The position numbers and the translations under genes were made by a program. A stretch of DNA of 64,000 nt from Candidatus Caccovivens sp. Its GTDB lineage: Bacteria; Bacillota; Clostridia; Christensenellales; UBA1242. The stretch is from positions 2,852 to 66,851 of the forward strand of contig JBJFCL010000001.1 of the NCBI GenBank assembly GCA_051888935.1, written 5' to 3'. Positions 38,803 through 48,783 of this stretch are shown here, piece after piece. How positions within the stretch are numbered: the first letter of the stretch is position 1; each line of letters starts with the position of its first letter. Below the pieces are notes generated by a model, which saw only the letters and a list, made by a program, of their open reading frames with translations, searched no databases and had not been told where the DNA came from.

Positions 38803-41097
38803 ATGAACATAAAAATAAACAAATATTTGGCATTATTTTTGAAATTTGTGCTGTTTTTTGGACTTTTTTACATTCTTTTTAATGCCAGTGTGAATTTTGT
38901 GATTTTTCCGTTTGCTTTCGGCATGTTTTTTGCTCTTGCTTGGGCGAATCAAAAAGTTTGGCTTGTTGCTTTGGCATACATAGGCTCAGGTGTGCTTTTT
39001 TGTCCAACATTGGAGTTTGCCATTTGTCTTTTGGTGTGTGTTTTTTGTCTTATAGTGCCATATTTTGTTCATATTTTATGCAAGAAAAATATGAAAAAAT
39101 GGGAGTTTGCACTTTTTGCAATTTTAAGTCAAACTGCCAATGTTGTTTTTGATATTTTGGGCGGACTTCATCCGGCACTCAGTGTTGTTGGCGTCTTGCT
39201 TGGGGTGCTGTTTATGTATGCTTGCATAACGGTATTTGAGGCAGTCATAATCAGAGGCTTCACAAACAAACTCACAAGTGTCGAAATGGTTTCACTCTTT
39301 GCCATAATTGCCATTTTAAGCAGTGGTCTTGTGGTTTTAAATATCGGCACTTTCAGTTTTTTAAAACTATTTGTGGCATTTGTGCTTTTGGTGTTTGGTT
39401 TTTGTGCTTCGCCGTTGCTGACGATGCTTGTGGCATCAGTTTCAGGAATCGGTGCACTTCTTGCCACAAACAATCCAATCTATGTTGCTCCTTTTATGCT
39501 TTGGGCACTTTCCGTATTGCTCTTCAAAAAGCATCACCGCATTTTTATGGTCATATCGCTTGTATGTATTGAACTTGTGATTGGATTTTACTTCAATCTT
39601 TACACTTCTTTTGGGTACATTGAAATTTTGCCAGTTGCCATATCTGTTCTTGTTTTCATGATTCTTCCAAAATCGCTTTTGAATGAAGTGGCTGTTGTGT
39701 TCAATCTTTCAAAAGACCGCCTTGCAATGAAGAATGTTGCCAATCGCAATCGAGAGATTTTGCATAGACGACTTGGAAATTTGAGCGAAATTTTCAATGA
39801 TATGAATTTGATTTATCGCAATATGCTCAAAAATGGCATGACGCTAGACGAAGTCAAAGTTATGCTCGAACAAGAAATAACAGACAAAATTTGTTCTTTT
39901 TGTCCAGAAAGAAATCACTGCCATCGCACTTTTGCGGAAAACACAAAACAAGTCTTTGACCAACTCATCACCATTGCCTACGAAAGAGGAAAGACGACGC
40001 TTTTGGATATTCCGTCTTACCTAACTTCAAGATGTAAGCAAACAAATTCCATTTTGGGAAGTATCAACACATTGACGGCACAATACAAAAAATATATGAG
40101 TATGGTCAAAGATGTTGACACCAGCAAACTTGTGATTGCCGACCAACTCTTGGGAGTCTCAAAAATTATGGGCGGACTCTCAAAAGAAGTGGAAAGCAGC
40201 ATTTCTTTTGATACAGTTCGTGAAAACAAAATTTTGGACGAATTGACTTATTACAATATAATTTGCATTGATGCTGTCGTCTTTGAAAAGGATATTTGGA
40301 CAATGGAAGCATCAGTTGTGGTGAGAAATGAAGATAGTCAAAAACCAAGAATTGCCGATGTTGTCAGCAAGATTTGTGGTTGTAAAATGGCAATTTATGA
40401 GAGTTTCCCTTGTTCAAGACCAGGCTACACTGTGGTCAACCTTAAAACTGCACCAAAATATGATTGCTTGTTTGGAGTCAGTCAAAAAACCAAGAATGGC
40501 TCGAAAGTCAGTGGTGACACATACAGTATTATCAAACTTGATGGCGACAAAGTTTTGTTTGCTATAAGTGACGGCATGGGCAGTGGAGAAAAGGCAGAAA
40601 AGACCAGCGAACTTGCCATCAGTCTTGTGGAGAATTTTTATCGAGCGGGTTTTGACAATGACCTTATTTTGTCAACAGTCAACAAACTTTTAAATTTGCA
40701 CAAAGAAGAGATATTCAGTGCACTTGACCTTTGCATCGTGGACGAAAAAAGTGGACTTGTGGATTTTATCAAAATGGCATCGCCAAACTCTCTTATTTTG
40801 AATGATGATAAGTGTCAAGTGATTCAAACTGGCGCACTTCCAATGGGAATTGTGCAAGACTTTGAACCACTCGTAAAGAAAAATGTCATTGAAAGCAAAG
40901 ATTTGATTATTATGTATTCTGATGGCATAAGTGACAGTTTTCAAACGCAAGAGACCCTTGTGGAATGTGTAAAAGCAATTAAGACCAAAAATCCTCAGGA
41001 GTTTGCCGATGAACTTCTTGAACGCGCACTTGCTTGCAACAATGGTTATGCCGTTGATGATATGTCTGTGGTGGTAATTAAAATTTTGGATTTTTAA
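38803..41097 (+). CDS. spoIIE: Stage II sporulation protein E (membrane PP2C phosphatase)
   Basis: About 10 N-terminal TM segments. C-terminal SGDTYSIIKLDGDKVLFAISDGMGSGEKA and MYSDGISD PP2C motifs. Followed by tilS, as in Bacillus. Confidence 0.9.
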   Translation: MNIKINKYLALFLKFVLFFGLFYILFNASVNFVIFPFAFGMFFALAWANQKVWLVALAYIGSGVLFCPTLEFAICLLVCVFCLIVPYFVHILCKKNMKKWEFALFAILSQTANVVFDILGGLHPALSVVGVLLGVLFMYACITVFEAVIIRGFTNKLTSVEMVSLFAIIAILSSGLVVLNIGTFSFLKLFVAFVLLVFGFCASPLLTMLVASVSGIGALLATNNPIYVAPFMLWALSVLLFKKHHRIFMVISLVCIELVIGFYFNLYTSFGYIEILPVAISVLVFMILPKSLLNEVAVVFNLSKDRLAMKNVANRNREILHRRLGNLSEIFNDMNLIYRNMLKNGMTLDEVKVMLEQEITDKICSFCPERNHCHRTFAENTKQVFDQLITIAYERGKTTLLDIPSYLTSRCKQTNSILGSINTLTAQYKKYMSMVKDVDTSKLVIADQLLGVSKIMGGLSKEVESSISFDTVRENKILDELTYYNIICIDAVVFEKDIWTMEASVVVRNEDSQKPRIADVVSKICGCKMAIYESFPCSRPGYTVVNLKTAPKYDCLFGVSQKTKNGSKVSGDTYSIIKLDGDKVLFAISDGMGSGEKAEKTSELAISLVENFYRAGFDNDLILSTVNKLLNLHKEEIFSALDLCIVDEKSGLVDFIKMASPNSLILNDDKCQVIQTGALPMGIVQDFEPLVKKNVIESKDLIIMYSDGISDSFQTQETLVECVKAIKTKNPQEFADELLERALACNNGYAVDDMSVVVIKILDF

Positions 41098-41154
41098 TAA
41101 AAAAAACAAAAATTTAAACATTACAAAAAAGACAAAAAAATCATAAAAAAACAA

Positions 41155-41183
41155 CAAAAATGCCTAAAAAATGGCATTTTTTT
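41155..41183 (+). terminator. Intrinsic terminator after spoIIE
   Basis: AAAAATGCC..GGCATTTTTTT. Confidence 0.55.
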
Positions 41184-41253
41184 ATAAAAAAGGATTGTTT
41201 TTTAAAACAAATTAAGATATACTAGAAATTGTAAATTTTAAGGTGAAAAAAAT

Positions 41254-42603
41254 ATGGAAAAAATTTTGGATTTTATCAAAAAGAACAAACTTATTAAAGC
41301 AGGACAAGTGATTGGTGTTGGCGTGAGCGGTGGAATTGACTCCATGTGTCTTTTGCATTTTCTTAATGCCAACAAGGAAAATTTGGATATTGATGTTGTT
41401 GCCATTCACATCAATCATGGCATAAGAGAAGAAAGTGACGATGAGGCGCGTTTTGTTTTGCAAAAGTGTCGTGAAATGGGAGTGCGTGTTTACAAATTTA
41501 CTATTGACTCTCCAAAAATTGCCAAAGAGAAAAAAATTAGCATTGAGACCGCTGCTCGCGAAGGGCGTTATGGTGTTTTTGAAGCACTTATCAAGAAAGA
41601 TATCGTTGACAAGATTGCATTGGCTCATCATCAAAGTGACCAAGCAGAGACAATCCTTATGCACATTTTCCGTGGTTGTGGTGTTGCTGGTGCAAGAGGA
41701 ATGGAGCCTATCAGGGACAAAATCTACATTCGACCAATGCTTCCAGTTTCCAAAGAAGAAATTGAGCAATACGCTTCAATAAACAATATTGAATTTGTGG
41801 AGGATTCTTCAAATGCAGACATTTCTTACGCCAGAAATTATGTTCGCAATGTTATTATGAAGGATATACTCAAAAAGTGGCCAAATGCCATTGAAGCAAT
41901 CAACAATTTTGCCAGTGCAGTATGCGATGACGATGATTACATCAAATCTCGTCTTGACCTCAACGCACTTATTGTTGACAACAAAGTCGTGCAAATGCCA
42001 TGTAGTTATTTTTATGGAAGCAGTGCCATTTACACTCGCATAGTTTTCAAAGCGTTGGAATTTATTGGAGTAAAGAAAGACATAGAAAGAAAACACATAG
42101 AGATGATAAGAGATTTGGCTGTCAATCTTGAAAACGGCAAAAAAATCAAACTTCCATTTGATGTTATGGTTTCAAAAGAATACGACTTTTTGACTTTTGA
42201 AAACAATTATATTGAAAAACCAACACTTTCAAGGGGACTTAAATGTGAAGAATTTGAATCAGCAAATTTTGGAAAAGTTATTGTAAAGAGAATTAACACA
42301 GAAAAAATGAAAACTTCCGATGAAAATGCTCTCTATTTTGATTATCGAAAAGTTCCAAAAGATGCAAAGTGGCGTTATCGTGAAGAGGGAGATGTCTTTG
42401 AAAAATTTGGCGGTGGAACAAAGAAACTCAAATCATTTTTGATTGACAAGAAAATTCCAGTTAGATTGCGTGATTATATTCCCGTTCTTGCCAGTGAAAA
42501 TGAAGTTTATGTCATCGCAGGAGTGGCAATCAGTGAGAAGGTTAGGGTTGATGATGTGCCAACATGCTTCAAACTCACAGTTGAAAAAAATAAAAAATCT
42601 TAG
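41254..42603 (+). CDS. tilS: tRNA(Ile)-lysidine synthetase
   Basis: PP-loop GVSGGIDSMCLLHFL. 449 aa. Confidence 0.92.
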   Translation: MEKILDFIKKNKLIKAGQVIGVGVSGGIDSMCLLHFLNANKENLDIDVVAIHINHGIREESDDEARFVLQKCREMGVRVYKFTIDSPKIAKEKKISIETAAREGRYGVFEALIKKDIVDKIALAHHQSDQAETILMHIFRGCGVAGARGMEPIRDKIYIRPMLPVSKEEIEQYASINNIEFVEDSSNADISYARNYVRNVIMKDILKKWPNAIEAINNFASAVCDDDDYIKSRLDLNALIVDNKVVQMPCSYFYGSSAIYTRIVFKALEFIGVKKDIERKHIEMIRDLAVNLENGKKIKLPFDVMVSKEYDFLTFENNYIEKPTLSRGLKCEEFESANFGKVIVKRINTEKMKTSDENALYFDYRKVPKDAKWRYREEGDVFEKFGGGTKKLKSFLIDKKIPVRLRDYIPVLASENEVYVIAGVAISEKVRVDDVPTCFKLTVEKNKKS

Positions 42604-42625
42604 TTTTGTGACTAAGATTTTTTTG
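42597..42625. terminator. Intrinsic terminator overlapping the tilS stop codon
   Basis: ATCTTAGT (42597-42604) / ACTAAGAT (42611-42618), then T7. Confidence 0.7.
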
Positions 42626-42626
42626 T

Positions 42627-43601
42627 TTAAATTGCAAAACTATAAACATTTCTAAGTGGTTCACGAGTGAAAGCAACATATTTTTTGCATGCACTTTCAA
42701 ACAATACATAAACTCTATCGTTCACCAAAACCAATTCCTCGCTCATACATGGAGCAGTTAAGTCATTTAACAAATCTTTTTCTGAAAGCACATAGAGAGG
42801 AATTTCTTGCCCTTCAAAAAGAAAACCTTGTGCGTTGGAAATGTCGTTTGTTATGTCGTTGTATGTGTAAATATGACTGTCTGGCAAAGAGTAGGAGGTT
42901 GAAAGCACGATTTTATTTTGAGAAATGACCATGCCTTGCACGAGCGATGGAGTGGAAAGACCGGCACGAGCAATATTTGAAGCAATTCCAGTGTCAGTGT
43001 TGTTGTCTATTGTAAACTTAAAACTTATTGCTTTGTTGATTTGTCCGTCATCGGTTTCAATGAAATGGCTTTCATCGGTGTCGTATTTTCCTGCACGATG
43101 GAATTCTCCAACCCAAAGAGCGTTTTCTTCAATAGTGACAAAATCTGCGCCGTTGTGAGACTCAAAAGATCCAGTAATTTCAATAGTCTCGCCATTTTCA
43201 ACATCTGCGATGTCCGCAAAATTGAAACAATGAACCATTCCGTCTCCGCTTATCCAAACTTTGACGCCATTTGTGGCAATTCCACCAGCGTGACCGTTGT
43301 AATCATCTCCATTAAGTTTCAAAGTAAAATATTTTTCCGTTTCGCCATCTTTGATAACATAAACTCTTGACGCTGTTCCGTCTTTCATATAACCGCATGT
43401 CAAATAGGTTTCGCTTGCACTGTCATAACCGATTCCTTGTGGCGTAAAACCTTCTGAAAGGCCAGCAATTTCAAATTCTTCCCTTGCGACATTGTAAAAT
43501 TCAGCGTAATTTCCACCAAAATACCACAAAAACAAGACAATAGAAAAAATTACAAACAATGATGATATGACAATGGTTGTTATTTTTTGACTTTTGTTCA
43601 T
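42627..43601 (-). CDS. Signal-anchored beta-rich extracytoplasmic protein, function unknown
   Basis: N-terminal TM ITTIVISSLFVIFSIVLFLWYF. AAGGAG RBS. No family recognised. Confidence 0.6.
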   Translation of the reverse strand: MNKSQKITTIVISSLFVIFSIVLFLWYFGGNYAEFYNVAREEFEIAGLSEGFTPQGIGYDSASETYLTCGYMKDGTASRVYVIKDGETEKYFTLKLNGDDYNGHAGGIATNGVKVWISGDGMVHCFNFADIADVENGETIEITGSFESHNGADFVTIEENALWVGEFHRAGKYDTDESHFIETDDGQINKAISFKFTIDNNTDTGIASNIARAGLSTPSLVQGMVISQNKIVLSTSYSLPDSHIYTYNDITNDISNAQGFLFEGQEIPLYVLSEKDLLNDLTAPCMSEELVLVNDRVYVLFESACKKYVAFTREPLRNVYSFAI

Positions 43602-43748
43602 CTCAAACTCCTTTTATAACACAAGTCTAACATAAAAACAATTTTCGTCAAAACAATTTTGAAATTTTTATTTTATTTTGTTTGCGATATCATAAAAATA
43701 TGATATAATCAAAATAGTTAAATAATTTTAAATAAAAAAGGAGCAGTT

Positions 43749-44216
43749 ATGAACGAAGAAAATTTACCTGTTCTACCAAAGAAAAATTCAAAATTTAGTG
43801 TCGCTCTTAGTGTGTTGTCGTTTTTAATGGTTGCAGTGCTGGTTGCCGTGGTCATTTATATGTTTGTTGGATATATTCCAAGTTTCGCAAATGGGGAAGA
43901 TGGTGCGGCAGCAATCGTGCTTGTGGTGTTCATTCCACTTATCATTGCTTTTGCGATTTTGTCGGGAGTTTCAAGCATTTTGCTTTTGGTGCTTGGCATT
44001 TTGTTACTTCAAAACAAAGATTTTTTATGCCATAGAAAAGCATATGTAATTTTCACCGCAGTTGTGGATTTTGTTGTTATCGCTGGACTCGTGTTTTTGA
44101 CCGCTTTAAGCCCAAAAACTGACATTTTCTTTTTGCTGAGTGATATATTTATGCTGATATATTTTGTATTTAAAATTGTCGCATTATCAATTTGTGGAAA
44201 AACAAAGGAGAACTAA
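43749..44216 (+). CDS. Small 4-TM membrane protein, function unknown
   Basis: AAGGAG RBS and a hydrophobic profile. Confidence 0.6.
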   Translation: MNEENLPVLPKKNSKFSVALSVLSFLMVAVLVAVVIYMFVGYIPSFANGEDGAAAIVLVVFIPLIIAFAILSGVSSILLLVLGILLLQNKDFLCHRKAYVIFTAVVDFVVIAGLVFLTALSPKTDIFFLLSDIFMLIYFVFKIVALSICGKTKEN

Positions 44217-44219
44217 TTT

Positions 44220-45068
44220 ATGAAGGTTGCCATATCTGCCGAAAGCACGATTGACCTTCCAAAAGAACTTTTGGAAAAATATGATATTCACACTTTGTCA
44301 TTCATGGTCATTTTGGGTGACAAAGAACTCAAAGATGGACAGGAAGTTTGTCCAGCAGATATCTTTGATTTTGTTGAGAAGAACAAAGTTTTGCCAAAGA
44401 CATCAGCAATAAATGAAGAGCAGTATGAAAATTATTTCAGTGAATTGCTCAAAGACTATGATGCTGTGGTGCATTTTTGTTTGTCGAGCCAAATTTCAAG
44501 TGCGTGTTCAAACGCCAAAAATGTGGCTGAAAGAATGAAAAATGTCTATGTTGTGGACACTTTGTCACTTTCAACAGGCATTGCTCTTCTTGCGATTTAT
44601 GGTCGTAAACTTGCAAACGATGGACTTCCTGTTGAAGAAGTTTACAATCGTTGTTGCGAAAGAGTTTCAAAAGTGCAGGCAAGTTTTGTTATCAAAAAAC
44701 TCGACTATCTCTACAAAGGTGGCAGATGTTCCGCACTTTCCTTTTTTGGTGCAAATTTGATGAAAATTCGCCCTATGATTGTGTTAAAAGACGGCAAAAT
44801 GGGAGTTCATCGCAAATATCGTGGAAACATGGACAGTGTGATTGCAAACTATTGCAAAGACACGATTGAAGAATTCAACACACCAGATTTGAACATTGCT
44901 TTTGTCACTTACACAACCGCCAGTGAGGGTATGGTGCAGTCAGCAAAAGAGGCACTCAAAAACAGAGGATTCAAAGAAATCTATGAAACTCGTGCTGGGG
45001 CAACAATCACCAGCCACTGCGGAGAAGACACTCTTGGAATTTTGTACATCAATGATGGCATGGAATAA
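44220..45068 (+). CDS. DegV family fatty-acid-binding protein
   Basis: 282 aa. N-terminus MKVAISAESTIDLPKELLEKYDI is typical of DegV. Confidence 0.8.
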   Translation: MKVAISAESTIDLPKELLEKYDIHTLSFMVILGDKELKDGQEVCPADIFDFVEKNKVLPKTSAINEEQYENYFSELLKDYDAVVHFCLSSQISSACSNAKNVAERMKNVYVVDTLSLSTGIALLAIYGRKLANDGLPVEEVYNRCCERVSKVQASFVIKKLDYLYKGGRCSALSFFGANLMKIRPMIVLKDGKMGVHRKYRGNMDSVIANYCKDTIEEFNTPDLNIAFVTYTTASEGMVQSAKEALKNRGFKEIYETRAGATITSHCGEDTLGILYINDGME

Positions 45069-45118
45069 GAATAAAAATAAAGCAAAATTTGCAAAATTAA
45101 ATAAAAAAACAAAAAAAT

Positions 45119-45143
45119 AAAGAGCAGATTGCCCTTTATTTTT
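45119..45143. terminator. Hairpin with T-run between convergent genes
   Basis: AAAGAGC / GCCCTTT (one mismatch) followed by ATTTTT. Confidence 0.4.
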
Positions 45144-45162
45144 GTTTAATTATTGAAAAAAT

Positions 45163-45348
45163 TTAGCGTTCTGAGTGTTTTTCGTTTTGCAAATCTTTCA
45201 CCCAGTATGCACCTTCGTGCTGTGTTGGTGGAAATCTGTCACCTTTTTCAAGATATGTTTTTTCTTCGTCGTGACTCTTTCCGTTTTCGTCATATGCCTT
45301 GTAGTTGCATGACATTGGAACGGTTTGACCACATCTATATTTTTCCAT
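45163..45348 (-). CDS. Small YjzC-like protein (61 aa)
   Basis: AGGAGGG RBS. GDRFPPT motif resembles the B. subtilis YjzC GDRFPET. Start trimmed to MEKYRCG. Confidence 0.55.
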   Translation of the reverse strand: MEKYRCGQTVPMSCNYKAYDENGKSHDEEKTYLEKGDRFPPTQHEGAYWVKDLQNEKHSER

Positions 45349-45405
45349 TTTTCCCTCCTGAGAATATTGTGTGCAGGCAAGGGAAAAATATTCAAAAAAC
45401 ATGAC

Positions 45406-46275
45406 TTAAATCTCTTTTAAATACGCTTTCAATTTGTCAGCAATGTCATTATCTTGCAGAGCAAAGTCAACAATGCATTTGACATATTCCAATTTGTTTC
45501 CGCAGTCGTAATAGGTGGCGTTAAATTCATAGCACACTGTTCTGTTTTGTTTTGCCAAAATTGTGAGTGCGTCTGGCAAATAAATTTCTCCATTTTTTGC
45601 TGGCTTGCACTGCAAAATTGCATCAAAGATATCAGGAGTAAGCACAAAGCGAGCAAGTTCCACCAAGTTTGAAGGTGGAACTTTTGGTTTTTCCAAAATT
45701 CCTTCCATTTCAAAGCAGTTTTTGAAGAGTTTTCTTCTTGTTATGATTGAGGAATATTGACTGACGACATCAATTGGCATCGCTTTTGCACCCACCACAC
45801 ATTTTCCAGTTTTTTCATACACTTTTGCAAGTTGTTTGACGACCGGTGGTGACTTTTTTGGTTCTCTGCACAAGTCATCGCCAAAGATGAGTGCAAAAGG
45901 TTTTTCTTCTGCCCAGTCTTTCAAGGCATAAACTGCTCCGCCAGTGCCACTCATTTTGTCTTGATAGACAAAATCAATTTGCATATTGTTAATAATTTCG
46001 TTGAGTTCGTCAAGCAGATGCAAATTGCCATTTTTTTGCAAGTTTTGTTCCAAAATTTTGTCGTGAGAAACAAAATTTTTTATGTATTCTTTTTCTTTTG
46101 AAATCACAAGACAAACTTTTTTCATTCCGCTACGATATGCTTCGCTCAAATGATACAAAAGTGCAGGCTTGTTTGCAATTGGAAAAAGTTCTTTTGCCAT
46201 GACTTTTGTTGCAGGCAAAAATCTTGTTCCTTTGCCAGCCAAAAGTATGGCGCATTGTTTTACTTCATTTGCCAC
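45406..46275 (-). CDS. galU: UTP--glucose-1-phosphate uridylyltransferase
   Basis: LLAGKGTRFLPATKVMAKELFPI motif. GTG start after AGGAG. Confidence 0.9.
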   Translation of the reverse strand: MANEVKQCAILLAGKGTRFLPATKVMAKELFPIANKPALLYHLSEAYRSGMKKVCLVISKEKEYIKNFVSHDKILEQNLQKNGNLHLLDELNEIINNMQIDFVYQDKMSGTGGAVYALKDWAEEKPFALIFGDDLCREPKKSPPVVKQLAKVYEKTGKCVVGAKAMPIDVVSQYSSIITRRKLFKNCFEMEGILEKPKVPPSNLVELARFVLTPDIFDAILQCKPAKNGEIYLPDALTILAKQNRTVCYEFNATYYDCGNKLEYVKCIVDFALQDNDIADKLKAYLKEI

Positions 46276-46437
46276 AAAAACTCCTATTTTTTTCTATAAA
46301 CAAATATATGATTTGTGCGAGGAAAATGTCAGCATTGTTTGACAAATATGTGCACGTGTGATAAAATCGACCTATCATTTAAGGCAGAATGCACTTTTGT
46401 GAAAATATGCACATTTTGTGTTTAAAAGAGGAACGAT

Positions 46438-47673
46438 ATGAAAAAGACTGACACAAAACTTTATGACCTTTTGAAAGAAAGAGGACTTTTGTATCAATGC
46501 ACAGATGAGGAAGGATTGAAAAAACTTTTGCAGAGTGGAGAACCGGTGACTTTGTATGAAGGAACAGACCCGACAGCAGACAGTTTGCATATTGGGCATT
46601 GTGTTCCTTATTGCATTTTGCGTCGTTTTCAACAGGCTGGGCACAAGGTCATCATTTTGATGGGTGGAGCGACTGCTGGCATTGGCGACCCGAGTGGTAA
46701 ACAAGAGATGCGCAAACTGCTTTCAAAGGAAGAAATCAATCAAAATATCGAAAAAATAAAAAACACGCTCAAAGTGTTTTTGAAATTTGACGGGGACAAT
46801 CCTGCCATAATTGTTAACAACGCCGATTGGTTTAACGGATATGATTATGTTGACTTTATGCGTGAGGTTGGAATTCATTTCAATGTCAACAAGATGCTTG
46901 CAAATGAAATTTATGCCAAGCGTGTGGAAGAAGGTGGATTGACTTTCTTTGAAATGGGCTATATGCTCATGCAAGCATATGACTTTGTGCATTTGAATCG
47001 CGAGTATGGCTGTGTGCTTCAATATGGCGGACAAGACCAATGGGGAAATATCGTTGCAGGGACAGAACTTCAACGAAAACTCAACTTTGCCAATGGCACA
47101 AATGTCAATTTGATTGGCGCGACAAACCCACTTTTGCTGACACCAGACGGCAAGAAAATGGGCAAGACCGAAAAAGGTGCAATTTGGATTGACCGCGACA
47201 AAATTTCTGCATATGATTTCTATCAAGGCGTTTATCAAACACCGGACGCTTGCGTTCAAATGATGTTTGCCCTCTTTACAGATGTTCCAATGGACGAAGT
47301 CAAGAAAATGATTTCTGAGGACATTGTAAAAGCAAAGAAAACTCTGTCTTTTGAAATTACAAAGTTTGTGAGAGGTGAACAAGACGCCATTCTTGCACAA
47401 AATATGAGTGAAAACCTCTTCTCTCAGGGCGGAGATGATGCTCCGATTGTAAACCTGTCAAAAAGTGAATTTCCTATGAACATTTGTGACCTTTTGTTTA
47501 AGATTGGCCTTGCTCCATCAAAGAGCGAAGCAAGACGCCTTATTCAAGGTGGAGCAATCACTTTTAAAGGCGAAAGAGTGTCTCGTTTTGATGTTTCAGT
47601 GACTGCCGAAGAGGCACAAGATGCCCTTGTCAAGAAAGGCAAGAAGTCATTTATCAAAGTTGAAGTCATTTAA
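46438..47673 (+). CDS. tyrS: Tyrosine--tRNA ligase
   Basis: HIGH motif (LHIGHCVPY), KMGKT (KMSKS-type) motif, and a C-terminal S4-like domain. Confidence 0.94.
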   Translation: MKKTDTKLYDLLKERGLLYQCTDEEGLKKLLQSGEPVTLYEGTDPTADSLHIGHCVPYCILRRFQQAGHKVIILMGGATAGIGDPSGKQEMRKLLSKEEINQNIEKIKNTLKVFLKFDGDNPAIIVNNADWFNGYDYVDFMREVGIHFNVNKMLANEIYAKRVEEGGLTFFEMGYMLMQAYDFVHLNREYGCVLQYGGQDQWGNIVAGTELQRKLNFANGTNVNLIGATNPLLLTPDGKKMGKTEKGAIWIDRDKISAYDFYQGVYQTPDACVQMMFALFTDVPMDEVKKMISEDIVKAKKTLSFEITKFVRGEQDAILAQNMSENLFSQGGDDAPIVNLSKSEFPMNICDLLFKIGLAPSKSEARRLIQGGAITFKGERVSRFDVSVTAEEAQDALVKKGKKSFIKVEVI

Positions 47674-47891
47674 AACCCAAACAAATCTTTTGCAGAAACT
47701 TTGAGATGTTTTAAAAGATTGTGCATGGTGTCCATTCTCAAATTTCCAACATTTTCAGATAGCAATTTGTTAAGCGTAGTGACAGAAATTTCACAAAACT
47801 TTGCAAATTGCTTTTTTGTTAGGTTGTGTTCTTTCATAAAATTTTCCAAAATTTCTTTGTTGAAATATTTTTGATTTTCATCTTTTTTCAT
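47670..47891 (-). CDS. XRE-family HTH transcriptional regulator (73 aa)
   Basis: LTKKQFAKFCEISVTTLNKLL HTH. AAGGAG RBS. Its stop codon overlaps the tyrS stop within TTAA. Confidence 0.8.
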   Translation of the reverse strand: MKKDENQKYFNKEILENFMKEHNLTKKQFAKFCEISVTTLNKLLSENVGNLRMDTMHNLLKHLKVSAKDLFGF

Positions 47892-47931
47892 ATATTCTCC
47901 TTAGTTGTTATTTTTATTATACAATCCCTTT

Positions 47932-47966
47932 TGGTATTAGTCAAATGATTTAATACCATTTGGTAT
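47932..47966. promoter_or_regulatory. Operator-like repeats in the divergent XRE intergenic region
   Basis: TGGTATTA (47932-47939) / TAATACCA (47951-47958) inverted repeat, plus a third TGGTAT at 47961-47966. Confidence 0.5.
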
Positions 47967-47992
47967 ATCCTTTCAATAGGAGTAATGTTATT

Positions 47993-48196
47993 ATGAAAGT
48001 GTTGGCTGAAAGATTAAAAGAACTTAGACAGGAGAAAAATTTAACAACTTTTCAGTTGAGTAAATTGATAGGTTGTAGTGATGCTTCAATAAGCCGATGG
48101 GAAAATGAGATAAGAACACCGAATGCTGAGGTGTTGGTTAAATTTGCAAAGTTTTATAATGTTTCAACGGACTATCTGTGTGGATTAGAGGATTGA
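47993..48196 (+). CDS. XRE-family HTH regulator, 67-aa paralogue B
   Basis: AERLKELRQEKNLTTFQLSKLIGCSDASISRWE...STDYLCGLED. Confidence 0.85.
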   Translation: MKVLAERLKELRQEKNLTTFQLSKLIGCSDASISRWENEIRTPNAEVLVKFAKFYNVSTDYLCGLED

Positions 48197-48199
48197 TTA

Positions 48200-48403
48200 A
48201 TGAAAATTTTTGCAGAGAGATTAAAAGAATTAAGAATGGAAGAAAAAATTTCAACAACACAATTGGGTAAAGCAATAGGCGTCACTGCAACAACAATTAG
48301 TCGTTGGGAGAATTGTTTGAGAGAGCCAAGCCTTGCAAATGCAAAAGAAATTGCAAAATTTTTCAAGGTCTCAACAGACTATTTGTGTGGACTGGAAGAT
48401 TAA
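48200..48403 (+). CDS. XRE-family HTH regulator, 67-aa paralogue C (tandem duplicate)
   Basis: AERLKELRMEEKISTTQLGKAIGVTATTISRWE...STDYLCGLED. Confidence 0.85.
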   Translation: MKIFAERLKELRMEEKISTTQLGKAIGVTATTISRWENCLREPSLANAKEIAKFFKVSTDYLCGLED

Positions 48404-48405
48404 AC

Positions 48406-48437
48406 AAAAAAACTGCACCAAATGATGCAGTTTTTTT
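48406..48437. terminator. Bidirectional intrinsic terminator
   Basis: A-run, CTGCA (48413-48417) / TGCAG (48426-48430), T7. Confidence 0.7.
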
Positions 48438-48783
48438 AAAATCCAAGTGATATCAAAATTGCACGATTGACTTCTTTCATTTTGCGTTCGTCAATGGTGG
48501 TTATTTTTTCTTTAAGGCGACGCTTGTCAAGGGTGCGTATTTGTTCCAAGAGCACCACCGAATTTTTTGGCAGGTGGTAGTCCTCGGAAGACAACTCTAT
48601 GTGTGTTGGCAGTTTGGCTTTGGAAAGTTGACTCGTAATTGCAGACACAATGACGGTCGGGGAGTATTTGTTGCCGACATCGTTTTGAATGACAAGCACT
48701 GGGCGTATGCCACCTTGCTCACTCCCAACAACAGGACTAAGGTCAGCAAAATATATCTCTCCTCTTTTAATCAAATTTTCCAT
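48436..48783 (-). CDS. mazF: MazF/EndoA-type mRNA interferase toxin
   Basis: [33 protein letters not shown]...AKLPTHIE is nearly collinear with B. subtilis EndoA. Confidence 0.92.
   Translation of the reverse strand: MENLIKRGEIYFADLSPVVGSEQGGIRPVLVIQNDVGNKYSPTVIVSAITSQLSKAKLPTHIELSSEDYHLPKNSVVLLEQIRTLDKRRLKEKITTIDERKMKEVNRAILISLGF

Noticed and set aside
45153-45404. Plus-strand 83-aa ORF, and the longer minus-strand frames 45163..45402 and 45198..45395.
   Set aside because: The minus-strand 61-aa reading from MEKYRCG has an AGGAGGG RBS and a YjzC-like GDRFP motif. The plus-strand ORF has no RBS and lies antisense to it.
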